A stretch of 64,000 nucleotides of DNA from Octopus sinensis (lineage: Eukaryota), in contig NC_043014.1 in the NCBI RefSeq assembly GCF_006345805.1, positions 51,770,001 to 51,834,000 on the forward strand, written 5' to 3'. The notes beneath the pieces are model-generated. The model was given only the letters and a program-made list of their open reading frames with translations, did not search any database and was not told the DNA's origin. The position numbers were made by a program, and so were the translations under genes. Below, one piece after another: positions 41,713-54,384 of this stretch (its first letter is position 1; each line of letters begins with the position of its first letter).

Positions 41713-41868
41713 CTAAACGTTGTCAATCTCTTTCTCTGTGTTTGATACGTAGGACGAAACATAAGAAAAGCAGCAAGAATGAGATTTTCCTGGCAAGAAT
41801 ATCTGGCATTGAAATCGCAATTGCGGTTGCCATATTCCTTCCAGGCATACCACATGACATGCGTGCAA
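41713..41868 (-). CDS. Candidate internal exon, product unknown
   Basis: Acceptor ggttttcacttcag|T, donor TTTAG|gtaaat, 156 nt, open frame CTHVMWYAWKEYGNRNCDFNARYSCQE... Confidence 0.25.
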   Translation of the reverse strand: MHACHVVCLEGIWQPQLRFQCQIFLPGKSHSCCFSYVSSYVSNTEKEIDNV

Positions 41869-42879
41869 CTGAAGTGAAAACCGTTTAAGAAGTAATGCCA
41901 TAATAGTTTTAAAACGTATGAAAAATCCTTCAGATATACGACATGAAAATAAATGGCCAATTTGTAAACTAACATATTGCATTTGAACATTTTTTTTAGA
42001 TTAATGTTGCCATATTTATATTTATTTTTTAAAAGTATTATTTTGAATATAATTTAGAAAATACCCCCCAAGATATTTTCATCCCTAAACGCGGAAATAA
42101 TTAAGAAATGCTAAATTATTAATAGAAATTTAAAGTTTACATACGCCATTCACAGAAATATGGCAGATTCTTCAATAACGCACACTGCTGCTGCTACTAC
42201 TACAACTACTACTATCAATTTCATGTGTGTCCCTGTGGGTAATAAAATAAATTAATGTTGTTCTTGTTGTTGTTGCTGTTGGTATTGCTTTACTTTATAC
42301 AAACTGCACCCAAATCTCAAGGAGAGCGTCAAGAGGTAATGGAATATTGCATCTAAAATTGCAAACACGTGAAGTGCGATGCAACTGGAAACGCCGATAT
42401 TTGTATGTAAAATAATCTTTATGAAATTTATAATAAAACTGAATGAATAAAATTGAATTTACATGGAGAGGAATTTACATATAATATGTTAGGTTCCCAA
42501 AAGTATGATTTCCTGCAACTGAAATATATTTTGTGACTGCCAGGAATTTGGTCTATCTGTTTGTTCGCTCCTTTAGATATCATTGCATATGCCACAGTAA
42601 AAATGTAGCTGTCGCTTCGTGCTGCGAGCTGTTTTTTGAAGGGAGTTGACAAGTGACCGCCCTCGACCCCAGCATTTGAGCGGTAAATTATTCACTTGAG
42701 CCCACGAGCATGATAGACAATGTTGAGCTTGAGGGTATTTGAACTCGGTACGTAAAAAGCCGGAAGAAATATGTTGAACACCTTGTATGTTGTTCAAACG
42801 ATTCTGACAACAGAGGCCCCTGGAACTAAAGCTATGAGATGCCTTCGTTTAATATTTCTATACAGGAATAACATAATAT

Positions 42880-43085
42880 GAGTTTCAAATGTTGGCACGA
42901 GGCCAGCAATTTTGGGGAAGGGAGCTAAGTCAATTACATTGACACCAGTGCTCGACTGGTACTTATGTTACCGACCACGAAATGATGAAAGGCAAAGTAG
43001 ACCTAGACGGAATTTGATCTCAGAGCCTAAAAAACGGGCGAAAAGCCTACCAGCATTTCACCCGGTCGGCTAACGATTCTTCTAG
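42880..43085 (-). mobile_element. SINE A tail variant
   Basis: ggcacgaggccagcaatttt...gatgaaaggcaaagtagacc...gctaacgattc. Confidence 0.75.
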
Positions 43086-44271
43086 CTACAATGCTATATT
43101 ATTTTTAACAACATTGCCCATAATATAATGTCTTGTGCCGCAGGATTTCCAGTTAACTTTCGATTATTTTCAGCGTTGTATAATACTATATTCTCATTGA
43201 TTCTTTCAAGTTTTGCAAATACATAATTTCTAATATCATTCACAATTCTTAATAAATTCTAAAACGTGTTTCATTAAGCCTGGAGTCTGTTTTAGATTTT
43301 CCTTGAAATGCTGAAATTACTTCTCAAAACGACGTATTTAATTTGCTGTATATATATTTCATCACATGAACGCTGATAGAAAAATAATTGGATACATCAT
43401 TGTTTATTAAATATAAATCACATTATTTTATAGTTTTGGTAAGGATAGACATTTCTAACAAGTTTATATTGCCTGCTTTATAAATCATAGGTTATAGAAA
43501 TATCAAAACTGCGATGAAATATAGTTTGTTGTTCAATTAAGCATGAGCTGCAGTTGTAAATACAAATAGTCCGTTTTATTTGATTACGGTTTTTCTCTTT
43601 GTATTATTTTTACCGCCTCAGGAAATATCGAAATCAGAATATTAAGGAATTTACAGAAATATCTGTATGAATTTAATACATTTCTTTAAAGATTCGCACA
43701 GGTTTCTGCCTCAGAGCAGTGCAAATCAGTTGAAGGGTTTAAGGAGAAGAAAATCGGCTTTCAAATTGAGAAGAGGCGAAGTTATTGTCGCGTGATAAGA
43801 CTTCTTCTTTCCAACCTCGTACTTCCAGGTTCAGTCTTACCGTACGGCATCATCGCTAAATGAGTCTTACGCTAGCTTCTGGGACATCTAATGCTTTGTG
43901 AATGAATTTGGCATGAGGAATGTGTGTCGAAGATTATTTGACCATTATATATATATGAATATATATTATATATATATATAATGGTCAAATAATCTTCGAC
44001 ACACATTTCGACACACACATATATATATATATATATAATGGTCAAATAATCTTCGACACACATTTCGACACATATATATATATATATATATATAAATAAT
44101 AAATATTAGGGAATAAATCCAAATTTACAGGGAAAAAATCAGATTTATGATTAAATCGATTTTATAGTAAAATATTATAAAATATTATTCGAGACAAAAC
44201 CACTATTTTGCAAAACAAACAAGGAAAGACTAATTAATACATAAAATTTTAATAAATAGTCAAAAAAACCG

Positions 44272-44314
44272 CCACTACAATCGTTTCTTGTCTTGATCGA
44301 CAATCTTCAGGTGG
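44272..44314 (-). ncRNA. Type I hammerhead ribozyme motif
   Basis: ccac-CUGAAGA-uuguc/gacaa-GAAA-cgauug-UA-gugg. Confidence 0.75.
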
Positions 44315-44359
44315 ACTTCCAATAATTCAGTGTCAAATTGACACTGAATTATTGGAAGT

Positions 44360-44402
44360 CCACCTGAAGATTGTCGATCAAGACAAGAAACGATTGTAGT
44401 GG
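44360..44402 (+). ncRNA. Type I hammerhead ribozyme motif
   Basis: Mirror copy: core 44364-44370, GAAA 44387-44390, GUA 44396-44398, stem I ccac/gugg. Confidence 0.75.
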
Positions 44403-44556
44403 CGGTTTTTTTTTGACTATTTATTAAAATTTTATGTATTAATTAGTCTTTCCTTGTTTGTTTTGCAAAATAGTGGTTTTGTCTCGAATAATATTTTATA
44501 TATATATATATATTATATATATATATAATGGTCAAATAATCTTCGACACACATTCG

Positions 44557-44599
<43 letters not shown>

Positions 44600-44650
44600 A
44601 TATATATTCATATATATATAATGGTCAAATAATCTTCGACACACATTTCG

Positions 44651-44711
<61 letters not shown>

Positions 44712-45967
44712 CAATATATAACCATAAAAGTAGAATTTAAATGTCGCTAATTGTTGATGAGTGAATCTCATATCACTTATATATGCATGGAATAAGAAGT
44801 GCACATATTATATCCACCGATAGGCGAGCCTTGGGTGTTTCATTGCAATATAAGGGCTATTCAGCATCCTCAGCTACAGTTAGTCATGAATATATTTATA
44901 CACACAGACACACACACACACACACGCACATATATATGTCCGGCAATATATTTGCTTCGGTTTGAATATATATTTTTACGAAAGTTGCCTATCCGTTGAA
45001 AGTTTCACGACTCTCGGCTCTCGTTTGTAACCAGATGATTGGGTAATTGAGTAAACTGAGACAACATGAACTGATAAATTGCCCAGTATGTTCATATAAG
45101 GTGATAATGATTTAGAGCGTCATTTGCGTATTAAGAAGCGAAATGTAATATTTGGACTTAGATTTAGCCAATATATCGTATATAGTAATGTGATTATTGC
45201 CTGTGTAGATGGTACGTGATGGCAAGATCTACGGGAAATATCGGGCCAAATTGTTCGCCTCAACGGCACCGAAGACAAACTGCACGTTTTATTGTCTCTA
45301 TAGATAGAAGGAATATCGTTGGTTAAATTAATTATAAGATAGACTCACGTATGAAGTTTCATTTACAATCCTCCAAAGCCGCTGTAAATTCCAAAGCTAC
45401 TATCGAGAAGAGTTTCAAAAACTTGTTCTATTCACTGGATTTTAGAAACGGGTGCACACTTGGAATATCGTAAGGAAATTGCATAAGTGAAATACTATAA
45501 AAAGCGAAGAAAACACCGAGTTGGACGATGACAACAAAAATGACAATCGTATTTCATGAGGTGAGATAAGACTGACAAATCTACTGGAGATATTAACAGG
45601 CAAACTGTAACCCAGCAGATGAGATACGACAATGCAATTAATACTAAAATACAGTCTTTAAGTGAATGCATACAACGTGATTCTAATAAGAATGTGAATG
45701 AATATTAAGACTGTGAATAGCAGCTAACGAGCCAATCACCTAAAATGTACGTTCAAAGAACTCGATTCTCTCTCCCTACCCTGAACCTGTTTATATATAT
45801 ATACAAACATATATACATACACTTACACATGTGTATGCCATTTATTTGTATTATAATACAAATATACATCTACATGAATACAAGCATAAGCGATATATGT
45901 ATATATGTGCGCGTTGGCACATATGCATAGCTTTAATTCGTTGATGGGCGGACATTTCTCAATCAGT

Positions 45968-46074
<107 letters not shown>

Positions 46075-46089
46075 TACATATATATATAT

Positions 46090-46140
<51 letters not shown>

Positions 46141-46662
46141 CTGTCTATCACTTATAGGTTTCTACAGCGCGGTATCAATAATGAGTCTTCATCCGCAAAT
46201 GAAGAAATATTCCAAATATATTTATAATAAAAGAACACCGTTACAAGAAAATAACTTCTCACTGTAAAATCTATATAAATGAGTCATTTGACGGGATTTC
46301 TCTTCTTCAGAATACTTTGACACGCCTGTTCTCCATTAATATATAATTCTCCAATGTTTCTTTTTTCTTCCCTCCAATTTAACATTACGATATAATACCA
46401 TAATTTATATGAGCTACAGCAACGATAATGAGAGTTTTCTAGGGTTTTCTTCTAAAGTATTATGGATTTTATAGGATTTATCGACACACGCGCATTTCGA
46501 CGGATACGCTGTTCACATCCATACAAACGATTTATGCAGAAACATATATACACGTTCTCACATTCTAATGTCACGTAGTACAAGTGTAGACAATTTTATC
46601 TATACAGAGATATATTCATACAAGTATACATTGTACAGATATCGTACAATCGAACGCACAGA

Positions 46663-46724
<62 letters not shown>

Positions 46725-46777
46725 ATTGGTGAATTGAAGAAATGGAGCTGAACGCAGATTGAACAGAAATCGTTTTA

Positions 46778-46868
46778 TTTCATTCTACACGTGTTTCGAA
46801 AGGCACAAATTACCAAAATCCGATTGAATAATGGGACCATATTGTGTCTTTCTCTTCAGGAAGAAAAA
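46778..46868 (-). ncRNA. Type I hammerhead ribozyme motif with canonical core
   Basis: uuuucuuc-CUGAAGA-gaaagacacaa...uugugccuuuc-GAAA-cacgug-UA-gaaugaaaa; G-C at base of stem II, palindromic ACACGUGU stem III. Confidence 0.8.
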
Positions 46869-47030
46869 AGGAAATCCGTTGGAAAAACAAAAACAGAACA
46901 GAGGCGGAGCAAAAAACAAATCGAACTGTGCTCCTAAGAGCCCATGGCGAAACTGTTTATCAGTGTATGTTGAGAACCGGTGGCTGAAGAATTAAACTTT
47001 TGATTAATCTACTACAAGATTATTCATCTT
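46869..47030 (-). mobile_element. Probable PLE 3' remnant upstream of the HHR
   Basis: KSLILQPPVLNIH* resembles the P.LN end of PLE GIY-YIG ORFs; HHR directly downstream. Confidence 0.4.
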
Positions 47031-47044
47031 TCTATTTCACATAA

Positions 47045-47088
<44 letters not shown>

Positions 47089-47556
47089 TATATATAATAT
47101 GTGTGTGTGTATGAACGGAAATGTCAAGCACCCACAAACCATGTTATTATATATGTGTGGGTGAATGTTCGCTTGTTGAGAGACAAAATAATTAATCTCA
47201 GAACCATTACGATAAATATGAAAGAATTTAAAAGGGAAACTTCTACGAGTAATTAGAAGACCATAAAAGCGACAGGAAAAATGAACTACTTTTCCGATTT
47301 GTATTATTTCTTTTAGATTCAAACGAACACTCCACCTTTTACTGTGAATGAGTGATTTGATGAAATCTGGTTCACTTAACATCATCTATCAATCCATGTA
47401 ACCATCTATCTGACTGTCTTCTTCACTTAAGCGTTACCACATTAATAACTTGGTGTACAACTCAACATACACTTCCTTCAGAACGTAGTATTCAGCCAGT
47501 ACAGAACACTACTAAAGAAAATGTGATGACAAACGAATAAATGGTTATTTTATGAA

Positions 47557-47646
47557 CGTCATTAGCTTACATCTGTTTCTGCTTTATGCTACAGTGGAGT
47601 ATCTGAATAACACTATGCAGCATCATCAGAGCTGTGAATAATGAAC
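47557..47646 (-). ncRNA. Type I hammerhead motif, second inverted-pair family
   Basis: agcu-CUGAUGA-ugcu...agca-GAAA-ca-ga-ug-UA-agcu; stem I continues ucauua/uaauga after a bulge. Confidence 0.6.
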
Positions 47647-47727
47647 TGCAATTTACTTGGGAAAGATTTATAATTCGCTCCTACATAAATTTAGATATAA
47701 TTCACATAGAATTTAAATATAATTCTC

Positions 47728-47826
47728 TCCAAATTAAACTGCACATCATATTCGATACTCTGATGAAGCTGTAAGTATGTGTGCATTGTATCTCATAGCA
47801 GAAACGGAATATGCTAATGAAGTTCA
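47728..47826 (+). ncRNA. Degenerate inverted partner of the 47557-47646 HHR
   Basis: CUGAUGA 47760-47766, GAAA 47801-47804, downstream gctaatgaagttca; stem III disrupted. Confidence 0.4.
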
Positions 47827-48668
47827 GAACATAGTAGTCTTTACCTTCGTCTTCTCATTTACTCACACACACATACATACACAGTATATATATATATATA
47901 TATAAATATATATATATATAAATATATATATATATAAACTGTATAGCCATTAATCTATGTATGTATGTTTGGGTGTGTATCTGTATATCAGTACAGCTAA
48001 GCATTGTTTTAACTACGCTCAGCAACAATCAAATAATTTCATCACTAACAGATGCAATACACACATGATTATAATTACATGCATACACCGTTATATACAC
48101 GCCCTCAAACACACGTACATGCACATGTATACACTAACACACATATCTGTCTGTCTGTCTGTTTGTCTCTCTTTCTCATATATTATATATATATATATAT
48201 ATCCTCACTCCGTTCTGTATTCCAAGAGGCGCTTGACCTGTTGGCATTAAAATAGTTAGCGATGAGAAGAGTCCTTGTTGGTATGTTGAATACCATTTAG
48301 TAATTACTCGAACTTTAAAGCAGTTCTCCTGGCTTGCACAAACGCCATTAAATAAATAAATATGAGACTAGCACGAACGCAGATAGTGACCAACCCCCTC
48401 AAGCGTATACGAATGAAAAAGGACAGATGTAAATATTTAACAAATTTCCATTATGTTTCCAAACCAATTTGTGTGTACACCATTAATATATGAAATATAT
48501 ACAGCCACGCACGCAATTACGTATGTATGTATGTATGTATGTACATACATATGTGTGTGATTATTATTGCACAGTCAACGTTACAAGAGTTAGCCACTTG
48601 CCCAGCGTTTCATGCGAAGGTTATTATCAAGGTATATAATATACTATATTCGATATATAATAATGATG

Positions 48669-48705
<37 letters not shown>

Positions 48706-49103
48706 TAATAATTTGAGGGAATATCATTCCTAACTTACAGGAAAAAATTCAATTTAGAAATACTAAATCAAATTTCACAAAATATAATATACTATCATTT
48801 TTTAATAATTTTGATATATATTTAAAATAATATAAATTAATTAATCTTATGTATTGGCTTAATTTTTTCATTGTATGATTTGCCTAATAGTGGTTTTATC
48901 TTTAATTTAATATAATATATATATATATATATATATATAAATTATAAAACAAAAACACATTATATCAATTCAAAATGAACAATTAAATTACACCATCTAG
49001 AAAATTACGTATAACAGAAATATTAAATATAAAATGACATTAACATACCGATGATTACGTAATGTGCAAATTAATAAATAAAACGTATATATTTGGTAGA
49101 ATA

Positions 49104-49134
<31 letters not shown>

Positions 49135-50152
49135 ATATACATTATTCTACCAAATATATACGTTTAATAATATATATATTATTCTACCTAATATATACGT
49201 ATAGTAATTCTTCCCAACTGCGTGGGTTGGTGCAACGTTTTTTGTTTAAGAAAACAACTGATCGGCCACTCCAGGAATCGATACCACCATCTTACTGTCT
49301 TAAATGCAATATGTTTTCCACTAAGCTCTACTCTTCCACATAAAAACCAATGTTGGATTGTCACAGGTGTAATGACTGTGATATGATGCTATTGAAGCAT
49401 AGATTGTCAACAACCACAGCGGTATCAACAATTAGAACGACAATATCAACCACAGAACTAATAATAATTATTGTGATAGCATTCTGATTATTAGGACGTC
49501 AGCATTATTAGACAGATGACACTGAAGAGTTTCCATTGAAAAACAAGTATAAGAAATTTATAAAAAGCTATAGATAGAAAAAGATGGTCCAAAAGAATGC
49601 GGTAGAGCTGGGTTCGAGAGTATAAAAAATATCAGATCATGATATTATAATTAAAAGAATAACATTTAAACATGTGAAATTTTTAAAGATATTTTTGCTG
49701 TTATTGTTGTAATCAGATGACTGCAGCCATCATGAAAAAATTAACAAGATTTGCCAGCAGAAGATTATAATTCCATTTCATGAGAAAGAACCGAAACGAG
49801 AAAAAAGACACGAAAACAAAAGTTTGAACGGAATTTTAAATGACAGTAAGGCGTGGTTGAATGCGTCAACGAATGTTTAATAATTAATGGTGAAAAGATG
49901 GATTTAATAACTGAATACTTCAAAATATTGCAAGTATTGGCAGATCTGTTACTAAGTTAGAAATTTGTGTTTGGATTAGTTGATTTGTCCTTTTGCATTC
50001 TGAGCTCAAATGTTACCTGCGTCAATTCTGTGACCGATGGAAGAAACGTGAAAGATAGGTCCGTTTATTGACATCTTTTAATCAGCTGAGTTGTTTCCAA
50101 AGTTTTTTTTGTATGAAATAGAAAGTACCGCTGAGTATCCTGCATCTATAAT

Positions 50153-50452
50153 CCCCGTGACCAACCAGGCTATCAGATGTTGCTACACATCGCTGGTCAC
50201 AATGCGCTTAGCATTGTCTTAGCCTACAATTGACGCCCCCCGCTGGCTAAGCGAGCAGGCAATAGAAGAAAGAGTGAGAGATAGTTGTGGCGAAAGAGTA
50301 CAGCAGGGATCACTACCAACTCCTACCGGAACCTCGTGGAGTTTTTACGCGTTTTCGCTCAATAAACACTCACAACGCCCTGTCTGGGAATCGAAACCGC
50401 AATTCTACGACAGCGAATCCGCTGCCCTAACCACTGGGCCATTGCGCCTCCA
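50153..50452 (-). mobile_element. SINE family D, full length
   Basis: tRNA-like head (minus strand ggaggcgcaatggcccagtggttagggcagc...ggtttcgattccc); tail matches 37950-38050. Confidence 0.85.
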
Positions 50453-50617
50453 CGCATCTATAATATCGGTGTTAATTGTGATCTAAAGCCGAAGGATTAT
50501 GTAAACAGGAACAACTTCACTAATCGTATGAGAAACATCGTCTCCAAGTTTTATTATCTTTGAAAGACATTACTCTGACGTTATTTCGCAGAACATTGGT
50601 ATATTCGCCATTACATT

Positions 50618-51466
50618 TACAAGGTAGCGAAGTAAAACCCGCTAGGTCACCTTACAAGCTAGAACTACAAGACAATTATTTTCTTCCTTCAGAAATATGA
50701 AAGATGTGTTTTGTGTCCATAAGTATGCTGTAGTAGACTATGATTTTTGTCATGGACAGGACGCTGGAGCAAAGAGCGAACGAGACATTTTAAGTTAAAT
50801 TTCGGAAGTCAGCGACGGAGACATTCAACATCCTTCGGTAGACTTTCGGTGACAAGGCAATGGATCGTACGTAAAGTGTCGAGTGGCACGGAGGGGTGAG
50901 GCTTCAAAAGCGGACGACAGAGACACGACTCAATAAAGATCTTGCTCATCGTTGCTTTTTGGCCCCCACGGTATTTTCCATCGAGAATTCGTCCGGCAGG
51001 ATCAGACCAAGAATCGAGAATTCTGCGAAGTTTTGAAGCGTTTGAGGGAGGAATATCGGCGAAGCGACGCATCTGTGGAGCAAGAGAAATTGAATTCTTC
51101 ATGACGACACTGCACTCTGTCACCATGATCGCCTCACTTGTGAGTTTCTAGCCAAAGACAACATGGTGTCGTTTCCTCATCTATTTACTGAAGACGAAAA
51201 TGCAGCTCAAAGTTGCCATTTTAACACCATTGTCGATATCCAGAGCCAATCGCAAGCGGTCCTGGACTCACTTACGGAAAACGTAAGCTGATTCTAAATG
51301 TAGCAGCAAGGCTCGGACTGGTGTATTGTGGCGCAAGGTGAATATTCCGAAGGAAATGATAAAAATGATAAAAATTGTGAAAATATGTTGCGAAAAAACT
51401 TGCGTAAATATTATTTATTTGTCATTACACACAATTATTCCGCGAATATGGTAATACCACCTCGTA
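50618..51466 (+). pseudogene. Internally deleted mariner transposon with transposase pseudogene
   Basis: MDRTLEQRAN..KSATETFNILR*TFGDKAM; HGIFHREFVRQDQT..FCEVLKRLRE; ILHDD; DWCIVAQGEYSEG; right end cacctcgta; left boundary (tacaaggtag) is tentative. Confidence 0.85.
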
Positions 51467-52317
51467 TATATACATATATATATATATATTATATATGTGT
51501 GTGTGTGTGTGTGTGTGTATGGTGGATTAATATACGTAAAACCATAAAGTTATATTACTAAACATGCAGGGTTTCCGGAAGCACAGAACAGCCGCTTTAA
51601 AATTTAAAAGAATATATAACAAAATACATGAACAAATAAAACAAAAATAAACTAAGAATTACCGAAATTACAAGGTAAAAAAAAAAACATCTGTTAGGTG
51701 TGTGTGTGTGTGATAGTGTTTTTATTTTTTTATTTTACTCCTTTCGGCGGTGGGGAACGACTGTTCCGGATTCTTCGGAAGACGCATTAATATAAATTTA
51801 CAAAGAATGAATGAAAAGAAATCCCAAGAATTTCTTTTGATTTAAAACACATCTAATACACACACACAGTGCGGATATCTGTGAAAGAAATTATGGAAAT
51901 TTCAAAGATTTGTAAGGAAAACAGTGACTGCTGCGGAAATTAGACATTGATTGTTTCGGAAATTAGGAGAACATTGAGAATAATGAACAGAGAAAATAAT
52001 ACAAGTATAATGAGAATATTTGCTTTTAATTATGTAAGAATACATGCCTTGTGGGGATTGAAATTAAGCTGATATCCTGCATGTTAATATTAACGGGGAA
52101 ACGTGATGTATACGATAGAAAAGTTGTAGGTCCTTGTAGGATAATAACTTCTTGTCACATACCACAATAAAGAAATGTGCGTGCGTATGTGTATATTATA
52201 CATACATACACACACATAGACACACATACATTGAATACAGTGAATACCAAAATGTATGTGTGTGTGTATGTGTATTTGTATATGGGAGAGGATCGTATGC
52301 ACGTTTGCATTTTATTA

Positions 52318-52715
52318 TTTCTGTTGTCTTATGGCCGAATCGTTGGTACGCCGGGCGAAATGGTTAGCGGTACTTCGTTTGTCTGAACGTTCTGAGTTCA
52401 AATTCCGCCGTGGTCGACTTTGCCTTTCATCCTTTCGGGGTCGATTAAATAAGTACCAGTTACGCACTGGGGTCGATATGATCGACTTAATCCGTTTGTC
52501 TGTCCTTGTTTCTCCCCTCTGTGTTTAGCGCCTTGTGGGTAGTAAAACAAATAGGTATTTCGCCTGCCGCTACGTTCTGAGTTCAAATTCCGCCGAGGTC
52601 AACTTTGCCTTTCATCCTTTTGAGGTCGAGGAAATAAGTACAAGTTGTGAAGGGGATTTATGTAATCGACTTAATCCCCTCCCCCACGTTGCCCTTGTGG
52701 CAAAATTTGAAAACA
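52318..52715 (+). mobile_element. SINE A followed by a headless second unit with the alternative tail
   Basis: Junction aaata|ggtatttcg at 52554. Confidence 0.85.
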
Positions 52716-52739
52716 TTATTTCTGTTGTCTTTTTGAATA

Positions 52740-53055
52740 CTATTAAGGAGGCCAACGAAAAAAAATCGTTAGATAGCTGCTGAAAATCTGTAGTTCAAAT
52801 TCCGCAGATGGCAACTTAGCCTTTCATTATCCGGAGATGATGAAATAGCTATCAACTGGGGAAGTGCAAAGTCGTTAGTGCGTCGGACAAAACTGTTTGA
52901 ATCATTTTCTCCGTCTTAATATTCGGTGTTCAAATTTCACCGACGTTTACTGTCTTGCATCCTATCGGGTTCGATAAAGAAGTAATTGTTGACTACTGGA
53001 ATTCGTATAAGCAACATGATCAGCCCCCAAAAAATGCTGGCCTTGTACCAAAATT
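52740..53055 (+). mobile_element. Degenerate SINE A fragments
   Basis: gtagttcaaattccgcag..gcctttcat; gcatcctatcgggttcgataaag; gctggccttgtaccaaaatt. Confidence 0.55.
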
Positions 53056-53113
53056 GAATATTATCATAATTATTATTATTATTATTATTATTATCGTTGT
53101 TGTTGTTATTGTT

Positions 53114-53498
53114 GAGTGAGAGTGTAGCGCATGCCAAGAAAGTGACACTAGGGTAAAAGATAAGAAACCCAGTATACCATAATGACTACCTGTCTGATAA
53201 GGGTACACGAGGCACATGCATGACAACCATAAGTGCGTGACATGGTGATCTAGTATCAAGAAAAACCGTGTATGACATTGCAGGTCAGGCACATTAAGGA
53301 TTTCCTTCAGGTCGAGTAGCCCTGCCCGATCAAAAGGATCCTGAATAAGGGTCGTTTAAGAGTATTGTACGAAACACTCCTGTTTCCAAAGATGAATTAT
53401 CCAAACCCCAAAGGATTCCTCTCAACACATGACTCAACACATGATACTGCCCCCGCCATTACTTCTGCTCGGGATCAGAAATAGTGGGGGAGCATCAT
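53114..53498 (-). mobile_element. Family E, 5'-truncated diverged copy with short terminal inversion
   Basis: Aligns to about 33975-34330; (TTA)n on both flanks. Confidence 0.82.
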
Positions 53499-53575
53499 AT
53501 TATTATTATTACTAGCGAAGTTAAGATACTAAGACTGATACAATCATAAAAACAACGGGGAAAAATTATAGGGGG

Positions 53576-53670
<95 letters not shown>

Positions 53671-53678
53671 CACACATA

Positions 53679-53722
<44 letters not shown>

Positions 53723-53725
53723 TAC

Positions 53726-53762
<37 letters not shown>

Positions 53763-53775
53763 ATATATATACAAT

Positions 53776-53830
<55 letters not shown>

Positions 53831-53842
53831 TATATATATATC

Positions 53843-53876
<34 letters not shown>

Positions 53877-54342
53877 TACATATATATATAATACGATATA
53901 TATTTAAATATGCTTCACGTGTTTTATGGATGCCGTACATATTTATGTGCGAAGCAGGTAGTAAATAACATTGCACTGTTTCTGTTTTCAAGTATAAATT
54001 ATGCAGTATCGAACTATTTCGTTTAGTTTGTGATAAAATTTTAACGTACGTTGTCTTGAAGTAGGAAATCGATGTATAAACTGCATATCATTAATGTTTG
54101 ATGTAACCCATTAAGAACAGGACCGTTTGTCACATCATAAGGACACACACACACACACACATACATATGTATGTGTATATATATACATACATATATGTGT
54201 ATATATATGCATATACATATATATGTGTATATATATATACATATATAGACATATCCATATATATACATATATATACATATATAAACACATGCATATATAT
54301 ACACATGTATAAATACATATATATACATATATATAAGCAAAT

Positions 54343-54384
<42 letters not shown>

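Larger units (their letters stand above)
44097..44500. mobile_element. PLE-type fold-back element: ~80-bp head plus 325-bp palindrome (44176-44500)
   Basis: Arms are exact reverse complements except an A7 versus T9 run; 1-nt centre at 44337; second family member at 6841-7186; (TA)n flanks. Confidence 0.9.

Noticed and set aside
45351-45495. Strong minus-strand acceptor/donor pair
   Set aside because: All three frames contain stops; cannot separate a non-coding exon from chance
51735-51785. Minus-strand CCGAAGA...GAAA with an internal hairpin
   Set aside because: Stems I and III cannot form
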